33,779 nucleotides of DNA from sequence record DRR723986_1723; one strand, 5' to 3'. A program made the translations under genes and the position numbers. The stretch's first letter is position 1; every line of letters begins with the position of its first letter. Below the pieces are notes generated by a model, which searched no databases, was not told the DNA's origin, and was given only the letters and a program-made list of their open reading frames with translations. Shown one piece after another: positions 27,607-33,779 of the stretch.

Positions 27607-28632
27607 TTAGGGATTACGAACTTTGTCGCCAACCTTTAAGGTTTGCTCGGCCTTCAGGACCAGCGCATAGCTAACTTTATCGAACACGCGGAACACCATC
27701 AGGATTCCCGCGCGCACGTCTGGTGCCTGCAGGCGCTCGCCCGTCAGGGGATCGCGAACCATCACACCCGTGGTGTAAATCGCCATAACATCGCCGGCCT
27801 CGATCGCATTTCGCTCACCGAGGTTCAAGGTCACGACATCCATACTGCCAATTTGGGTCAAACCACCCTCGACAGCAATGATTGACCCGCGGGTGTCTTG
27901 GTCTGGGGCCTGGGGTTCAAAGCGCGCGGTGAGCTGGCGCGACTCCAGCGGTAAAAAGCGGTCGGCTCGGCGAATTTCTTGCGTGCTGCGATTCAGTGCC
28001 AAGGTGGAGATATCGCCCTCGGTATGCAGTAGGTGGGCGGTGCCGATGTCGATCGCCTCAACCCCCAACAGCTCGCGGCTGCGCGGATCCACATACACTT
28101 TACCCCGACGGTAAATACCGAAATTTTTGGCATCCTCAAAATCGCCGCGACCCAAAATTTCATCGCCGGCACCCGCGACGATATTGCCGCGCTTGCCCGC
28201 CAGCACATAGGGCGCTGACTCAAGCTCGCCCTCGTCGACAACGCGGCTGCGCGTTAAGAAGGGGGCAATCACGTCCAAGGGGATCGCGGGAATCGCATCG
28301 CTGACATCGGAAATCCGCATCTGCGGCGTCAGTTTCACCACCGCGTCGCGCGGCTCAGGGTTGCGAACCAGTACCGGCTTGCCGTCCACCCACATCAACT
28401 TAAGCAGGTCGCCGGGGTAAATGAGATGAGGGTTTTCAACCTGGGGGTTGTAGTACCACAGCTCAGGCCACAGCCAGGGGTCATCGAGGAACATCGCCGA
28501 GATATCCCACAAGGTATCCCCTCGTTTCACCACGTAGGTTTGAGGGTGACCGGCTTTCAGTGACAAAACATCACCCGCATGGGCAGCACTCAGTAGCGCA
28601 CAAAACAGCAAGCCCAGCACAGTTTTTCTCAT
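27607..28632 (-). CDS. tsaP: LysM peptidoglycan-binding protein, TsaP-like (type IV pilus secretin-associated)
   Basis: Signal peptide and LysM domain YVVKRGDTLWDIS..PWLWPELW..NPHLIYPGD. Conserved position between def and dprA; ATG 28632 follows AAGGA. Confidence 0.85.
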   Translation of the reverse strand: MRKTVLGLLFCALLSAAHAGDVLSLKAGHPQTYVVKRGDTLWDISAMFLDDPWLWPELWYYNPQVENPHLIYPGDLLKLMWVDGKPVLVRNPEPRDAVVKLTPQMRISDVSDAIPAIPLDVIAPFLTRSRVVDEGELESAPYVLAGKRGNIVAGAGDEILGRGDFEDAKNFGIYRRGKVYVDPRSRELLGVEAIDIGTAHLLHTEGDISTLALNRSTQEIRRADRFLPLESRQLTARFEPQAPDQDTRGSIIAVEGGLTQIGSMDVVTLNLGERNAIEAGDVMAIYTTGVMVRDPLTGERLQAPDVRAGILMVFRVFDKVSYALVLKAEQTLKVGDKVRNP

Positions 28633-28869
28633 AACACTTTCCTTCAAGCGACCTCAGCAAGGGGGTAGCACCCCGGTCGTTCGCGACAATCAGGCATTTC
28701 CGCCGTTCTCACGGTATAATAGTCGGCCGTCGCGGCGACTGCATATTGTTATCGTTGTAAAAAGCAGAAGGCGTTGCCACCCTATCCGATACACGGCTCT
28801 GCAATTGCGAATACTCTTTATAGTAGCAATAGTTGGGCAACATACACGACAACTTGGTCACAATCATTT

Positions 28870-29376
28870 ATGGCTGTACTAGAGATTCTCGAATTTCCCG
28901 ATCCGCGCCTGCGCACCGTCGCCAAACCCGTGGAAAACGTCGACGACCGCATTCGCAAGATTATCGACGATATGTTCGACACCATGTACGAGGCGCCGGG
29001 CATCGGTCTGGCTGCCAGCCAGGTGGACATACACGAGCAAATCGTCGTCATTGACGTGAGCGAAGACCGCAGCGAACCGCTGGTGTTCATCAACCCCGAA
29101 ATTACCGTTCTCGATGAAGAAATCTTCCAGTACGACGAGGGCTGCCTGTCTGTACCCGGCTTCTATGAGACCGTCGAGCGCCCCCGCCACGTTCGCGTGA
29201 AGGCCCTGGATCGCAACGGCGACGTTTTCGAAATTGAGCCCGAGGGACTGCTGGCTGTATGTATTCAGCATGAGAACGACCACCTGTTGGGCAAGTTATT
29301 TGTCGACTACCTGTCGCCGCTTAAGCGCAACCGCATTCGCGGAAAGCTGGAAAAACAACACAAACGCAAGGCATAG
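28870..29376 (+). CDS. def: Peptide deformylase
   Basis: [15 protein letters not shown] and QHENDHL motifs. ATG 28870. Confidence 0.97.
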   Translation: MAVLEILEFPDPRLRTVAKPVENVDDRIRKIIDDMFDTMYEAPGIGLAASQVDIHEQIVVIDVSEDRSEPLVFINPEITVLDEEIFQYDEGCLSVPGFYETVERPRHVRVKALDRNGDVFEIEPEGLLAVCIQHENDHLLGKLFVDYLSPLKRNRIRGKLEKQHKRKA

Positions 29377-29385
29377 GAGACGGCA

Positions 29386-30339
29386 GTGGCCGCCACTTCA
29401 CAAAAGCTGGTATTTGCCGGCACCCCGGAATTTGCAGCGCAACATTTGAAGGCACTGCTGGACGACGGCCACCACGACATCGTAGCGGTATACACCCAAC
29501 CTGACCGCCCAGCGGGCCGCGGTAAAAAGCCCCGCCCCAGCCCCGTTAAACAACTTGCCGAGCAAGCCGGAATCAGCGTTTACCAGCCGCTCAACTTTAA
29601 AGACCAGGCCGACCGCGACGCACTGGCCGCCCTCGGCGCCGACCTAATGATAGTGGTCGCCTATGGCCTGATCCTACCGCAAGCGGTATTGGATATACCG
29701 CGACTGGGCTGCGTAAATGTTCACGCCTCCCTGCTGCCACGCTGGCGCGGTGCCGCCCCCATCCAGCGGGCCATTGAAGCTGGCGACAGCGAGACCGGCG
29801 TTACTATTATGCAAATGGCAGCTGGCTTGGATACCGGCGACATGCTGCGCAAAGTGCACTGCGAGATTGGCCCCCACGACACCAGCGCCAGCCTCCACAA
29901 CCGCTTGGCTGAGATGGGTGGTCCGGCCCTGATAGACGCCATTAACCAGCTGGCCAGCGGCACCGCTCAGCCTGAAGTGCAGGATGACGCACTGAGCAAT
30001 TACGCCGCCAAGATCGACAAGCAAGAGGGCGAGATCAACTGGCAGCGCAGTGCCGCTGAAATAGATCGTCAGATTCGCGCATTTATCCCCTTTCCCGTTT
30101 GCTACACCAGCGTCGGTGAAGACCGTTTGCGTGTATGGCAGGCGGAGCCAACCCGTGGCGAAGGTTCGCCGGGGGAAATTCTCAGCTGTGACAAGCATGG
30201 CATCGTCGTCGCCTGTGGCGAGGGCGCCTTGCGACTTCTCTCACTGCAACTGCCCAATGCGCGCCAAATGGCTGTCGCCGATGTGCTCAATGGTCACGCG
30301 GCACGCTTCTCGGTAGGCACCGTCTTGGGTGCGGCATGA
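29386..30339 (+). CDS. fmt: Methionyl-tRNA formyltransferase
   Basis: FAGTPEFA, TQPDRPAGRG, NVHASLLPRWRGAAP and GLDTGD motifs. GTG start follows AGGAG. Confidence 0.97.
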   Translation: MAATSQKLVFAGTPEFAAQHLKALLDDGHHDIVAVYTQPDRPAGRGKKPRPSPVKQLAEQAGISVYQPLNFKDQADRDALAALGADLMIVVAYGLILPQAVLDIPRLGCVNVHASLLPRWRGAAPIQRAIEAGDSETGVTIMQMAAGLDTGDMLRKVHCEIGPHDTSASLHNRLAEMGGPALIDAINQLASGTAQPEVQDDALSNYAAKIDKQEGEINWQRSAAEIDRQIRAFIPFPVCYTSVGEDRLRVWQAEPTRGEGSPGEILSCDKHGIVVACGEGALRLLSLQLPNARQMAVADVLNGHAARFSVGTVLGAA

Positions 30340-31640
30340 GCTGCCCTCGCGTTGCCGCGGCGCGCTGCCTCGTCGCCGTTGTCGATGGCCAGTCACTGAG
30401 CCGCCAAATTCCCCTGCAGGAAAAGTCGCTGCCGGAAAAACAGCGACCACTTTATCGCGAGCTTTGCTACGGCACGCTGCGGCGCTACTGGCAGCTCGAT
30501 GCCGCTCTGAAGCCCTGCTTTAGCAAGGGCTTAAAGCGCAAAGACAGCGATATACGAATGCTGATTTACATCGGCGCCTATCAGTTATTTTTTACTCGCA
30601 TTCCCCCACACGCCGCCATCAGCAGCGCCGTGGAAGCCTGTAAAACACTGAAAAAGAAATGGGCGGCCGGGCTGTGTAATGCCATTTTGCGCCGCTGCCA
30701 ACGCGACGGCGAAGCACTGTTTAAAGACCTCCCCGCCGACGCGGCGAGCGCTCACCCCGCCTGGTTGTATAAGGCGATAACGCGCGCCTGGCCCGAGCAG
30801 GCCAGCGCTGTGTTCGAGGCTAATAACACCCACCCGCCAATGTGCCTGCGCGTCAACCAACAGCAATATAGCCGTGACGCCTATTTGGCGAAACTAAGCG
30901 CCGCCGATATTGACGCAACCACCTGCCAATACGCGCCTATGGGCCTGCGCCTCAGCAGCCCCTGTGGTGTGGAAGCCCTACCCGAATTTTTTGCAGGCGC
31001 GGTGTCGGTACAAGATGAGGCCGCCCAGCTTTGTACCCGCTTGCTCGAGCTGCAAACGGGCCAGCGGGTACTCGATGCCTGCGCCGCCCCAGGCGGTAAA
31101 AGCGGCGCCATTTTGGAAGCGGAACCGGCGCTACAGGAACTGGTAGCCCTGGATATCGATGAGGGCCGCTTAGAGCGCGTGGCCGACAATCTGCAGCGCC
31201 TTGGGCTTCGCGCCCACTACCAAGTGGCGGATGCCGCCGACCCCCAAGCCTGGTGGGATGGCCAAGCCTTCGATCGCATTTTGCTTGATGCCCCCTGCAG
31301 CGCCACCGGCGTGTTGCGCCGCAACCCCGATATTCGCTTGCACCGTCGCGCCAGTGATATTCCCGAGTTGGTTAGCTTGCAGCGCCGCATTCTGGATGCC
31401 ATGTGGCAGTGCCTGGCACCAGGTGGCATATTGGTTTACGCCACCTGCTCGGTACTGCCAGAAGAAAACGAGCAACAGATCGCGGACTTTTTGCAGCGCC
31501 ACGACGACGCCCACAGTGCAGCATTGGATGTGGCGTGGGGCATAGATAGAAAAGTCGGTCGCCAGCTACTCCCTTCAAATGAGGGTGCCGATGGCTTCTT
31601 CTACGCTAAGCTAGTAAAAGCAGCGGCAACAGGGCATTAA
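30336..31640 (+). CDS. rsmB: 16S rRNA m5C967 methyltransferase RsmB
   Basis: NusB-like N-terminus, VQD, LDACAAPGGKS, LLDAPCSATG, YATCS and DGFFYA motifs. ATGA overlap with fmt. Confidence 0.96.
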   Translation: MSCPRVAAARCLVAVVDGQSLSRQIPLQEKSLPEKQRPLYRELCYGTLRRYWQLDAALKPCFSKGLKRKDSDIRMLIYIGAYQLFFTRIPPHAAISSAVEACKTLKKKWAAGLCNAILRRCQRDGEALFKDLPADAASAHPAWLYKAITRAWPEQASAVFEANNTHPPMCLRVNQQQYSRDAYLAKLSAADIDATTCQYAPMGLRLSSPCGVEALPEFFAGAVSVQDEAAQLCTRLLELQTGQRVLDACAAPGGKSGAILEAEPALQELVALDIDEGRLERVADNLQRLGLRAHYQVADAADPQAWWDGQAFDRILLDAPCSATGVLRRNPDIRLHRRASDIPELVSLQRRILDAMWQCLAPGGILVYATCSVLPEENEQQIADFLQRHDDAHSAALDVAWGIDRKVGRQLLPSNEGADGFFYAKLVKAAATGH

Positions 31641-31706
31641 CCCTTGAGCCCGAGCGGCTAAACAACGCACAATTGGCGCATATTCTGCGGCGGCGACAAA
31701 ACAGAC

Positions 31707-33080
31707 ATGAAAATCATTATTCTCGGTGCCGGCCAAGTCGGCGGCACACTGGCTGCCAACCTGGCCAGTGAGCACAACGATATTACCGTTGTCGACCAAG
31801 ATCAGGATCGTTTGCGAGAGCTGCAAGACCGGCTGGATATCGGCACGGTGTGTGGCTCAGCCTCCCACCCGGACATACTCGACCGCGCCGGGGCCGAAGA
31901 CGCGGATCTGCTGATCGCCGTAACCAGCAGCGACGAAATTAATATGGTCGCCTGCCAAGTTGCCGCAACGCTTTACCGCACACCGACGAAAATCTCACGC
32001 ATACGCTCTAGCTCCTATACCAGCCAGTCGAAGTTATTCGGCAGCGACGCCATTCCCATCGATGTTTTTATCAGCCCGGAAGAGCTGGTTTGCCGCTATA
32101 TAAAACGTCTGCTGCAGTACCCCGGTGCCCTGCAGGTGCTGGACTTCGCCGACGGCAAGGTGCAATTGGTCGCTGTTAAGGCCTATTACGGCGGCCCGCT
32201 GGTTGGCAACGAGTTGGCGACAATCCGCGAACACATGCCGCAGATCGACACGCGTGTGGCGGCGATCTTCCGCCGCGGGAATGCCATTGTGCCCAGCGGT
32301 ACAACCGTTGTTGAAGCCGGCGATGAAGTATTTTTTATCGCCGCCAAGAAGAACGTTATGCCGGTAATGAGCGAGCTGCGGCGGGTAGATACACGCTACA
32401 AGCGCCTGATTATTGCCGGCGGCGGCAATATTGGTGAGCGGCTGGCCAGCGCCGTAGAGAGTCGCTACAACGTTAAAATTATCGAGCGCAGCTACGATCG
32501 CTGTCGCACCCTGTCAGAGCAGTTGCGCAAGGCCATTGTGCTGCACGGCAGCGCCTCGGACCACGAATTACTGGCCCAGGAAAATATCGAAGAAACCGAT
32601 GTTTTTCTCGCGCTGACCAATGACGACGAGGCCAACATTATGTCGTCGCTGCTGGCCAAGCGCATGGGCGCGAAAAAAGTCGTCACCCTGATCACCAACC
32701 CGGCCTATGTGGAGCTGGTGCAGGGCGGCGAGATCGATATTGCGATTTCCCCGCAGCAAATCACCATCGGCAGCCTGCTTACCCACGTTCGTCGCGGGGA
32801 TATTTACAACGTTCACTCACTGCGGCGCGGCGCGGCGGAGGCGTTGGAAATTATTGCCCACGGTGACAGCCGCTCCTCCAAAGTAGTGGGCCGTCGGCTA
32901 GACGAAATAGACCTGCCCGAAGGCGTTACCATTGGCGCCATCGTTCGCGGCGACGAGGTACTTATTGCCCACAGCCACCTGACGGTAGCCAGTGAAGACC
33001 ACCTGATCCTGTTCCTGGTGGATAAAAGCAAAATTAAGGCGGTGGAAAAGCTATTCTCCGTCGGCTTCACCTTCTTCTAA
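31707..33080 (+). CDS. trkA: Trk potassium uptake regulatory subunit TrkA
   Basis: [12 protein letters not shown] and a second GGGNIG RCK motif; 457 aa; [10 protein letters not shown]. Confidence 0.97.
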   Translation: MKIIILGAGQVGGTLAANLASEHNDITVVDQDQDRLRELQDRLDIGTVCGSASHPDILDRAGAEDADLLIAVTSSDEINMVACQVAATLYRTPTKISRIRSSSYTSQSKLFGSDAIPIDVFISPEELVCRYIKRLLQYPGALQVLDFADGKVQLVAVKAYYGGPLVGNELATIREHMPQIDTRVAAIFRRGNAIVPSGTTVVEAGDEVFFIAAKKNVMPVMSELRRVDTRYKRLIIAGGGNIGERLASAVESRYNVKIIERSYDRCRTLSEQLRKAIVLHGSASDHELLAQENIEETDVFLALTNDDEANIMSSLLAKRMGAKKVVTLITNPAYVELVQGGEIDIAISPQQITIGSLLTHVRRGDIYNVHSLRRGAAEALEIIAHGDSRSSKVVGRRLDEIDLPEGVTIGAIVRGDEVLIAHSHLTVASEDHLILFLVDKSKIKAVEKLFSVGFTFF

Positions 33081-33092
33081 ACGAGACCGCGC

Positions 33093-33779
33093 ATGCACCT
33101 GATCACGATAAGTCGCATTATCGGCATGTTGCTCATGGTATTTAGTCTGACCATGGCGTTGCCCGCGGCGCTGGCGGCGATCTATCAAGACGGTGCACTG
33201 CACGCCTTCGGCTACGCCTTTGCACTCACCTTTAGTGTCGGGCTGGTGCTGTGGCTGATCAGCCAGGGCAAGCAGCCCGACCTAGGCATTCGCGATGGTT
33301 TTTTGGTGGTGTCGCTATTCTGGACGGTACTGGGCGTTTTCGGCTCGCTGCCGTTCTTCCTTGCCGACAATCCGGGCCTGTCCTTTAGCGCGGCGGTATT
33401 TGAGTCGATCTCCGGGTTGACCACCACCGGGGCAACGGTAATCGTTGGGATCGATGAACTGCCAGTGTCGGTATTGTTCTATCGGCAATTTCTCCAGTGG
33501 CTGGGGGGCATCGGTATCATCGTTATCGCCGTGGCGATCCTGCCGATACTCGGCATCGGGGGCATGCAGCTCTACCGCGCAGAAACACCCGGGCCGGTAA
33601 AGGATAACAAGCTGACGCCGCGTATTACCGGCACCGCGAAAGTGCTGTTCCTGATGTATGTGGCGCTAACGGCAAGCTGTGGGCTGGCCTACTGGCTGGC
33701 GGGGATGACACCCTTTGATGCGATCTGCCACGCTTTCTCCACGGTGGCCATCGGCGGCTTTTCAACCCACGATGCCAGC
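33093..33779 (+). CDS. trkH: Trk potassium uptake membrane protein TrkH (partial, runs off the window end)
   Basis: Read manually because it is absent from the ORF track (no stop in the window): MHLITISRIIG...RDGFLVV...FESISGLTTTGAT...QWLGGIGII...KLTPRI...AIGGFSTHDAS. Confidence 0.95.
   Translation, partial: MHLITISRIIGMLLMVFSLTMALPAALAAIYQDGALHAFGYAFALTFSVGLVLWLISQGKQPDLGIRDGFLVVSLFWTVLGVFGSLPFFLADNPGLSFSAAVFESISGLTTTGATVIVGIDELPVSVLFYRQFLQWLGGIGIIVIAVAILPILGIGGMQLYRAETPGPVKDNKLTPRITGTAKVLFLMYVALTASCGLAYWLAGMTPFDAICHAFSTVAIGGFSTHDAS

Noticed and set aside
28633..28869. CRP/CRP-S competence site or a complete sigma70 promoter in the tsaP/def gap
   Set aside because: No convincing TGYGA-N6-TCRCA site. 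The TATAAT at 28715-28720 has no matching -35, so it was not called.

Overview
This is a gene-dense, mostly core-genome window from an aerobic gammaproteobacterium; gene order resembles Pseudomonas and Cellvibrionales, but the taxon is my inference. From left to right it holds: a small secreted-protein gene; the znuA / zur-znuC-znuB zinc uptake locus; a complete A1-type (caa3-like) cytochrome c oxidase cluster with assembly genes; an accessory-looking block at about 12.6-20 kb (MATE, small secreted protein, LysR-azoR-pirin, CBS-lipoprotein-saccharopine dehydrogenase-like-CBS, SpoIIAA-like); prlC-yheV and yrdA; the tsaP-dprA-tsaC-hemF-aroE-antiporter run; and the divergent def-fmt-rsmB-trkA-trkH operon, with trkH cut by the window end. 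I see no RNA genes, mobile elements, CRISPR arrays or defence systems, and no clearly new multi-gene system. The strongest leads are finer-scale. Oxidase subunit I carries a cluster of unusual substitutions, including a Lys at a normally Phe position in helix IX. A perfect RegA/RoxR-type box overlaps the likely cox transcription start. A sigma32-type promoter precedes a CBS-lipoprotein pair. Repeated GTGTTAC/GTAACAC palindromes lie upstream of an unknown secreted protein. ZnuA lacks a His-rich loop, and HemF lacks its Gly-rich loop. Comparisons with homologues are from recall, not from alignments run here.
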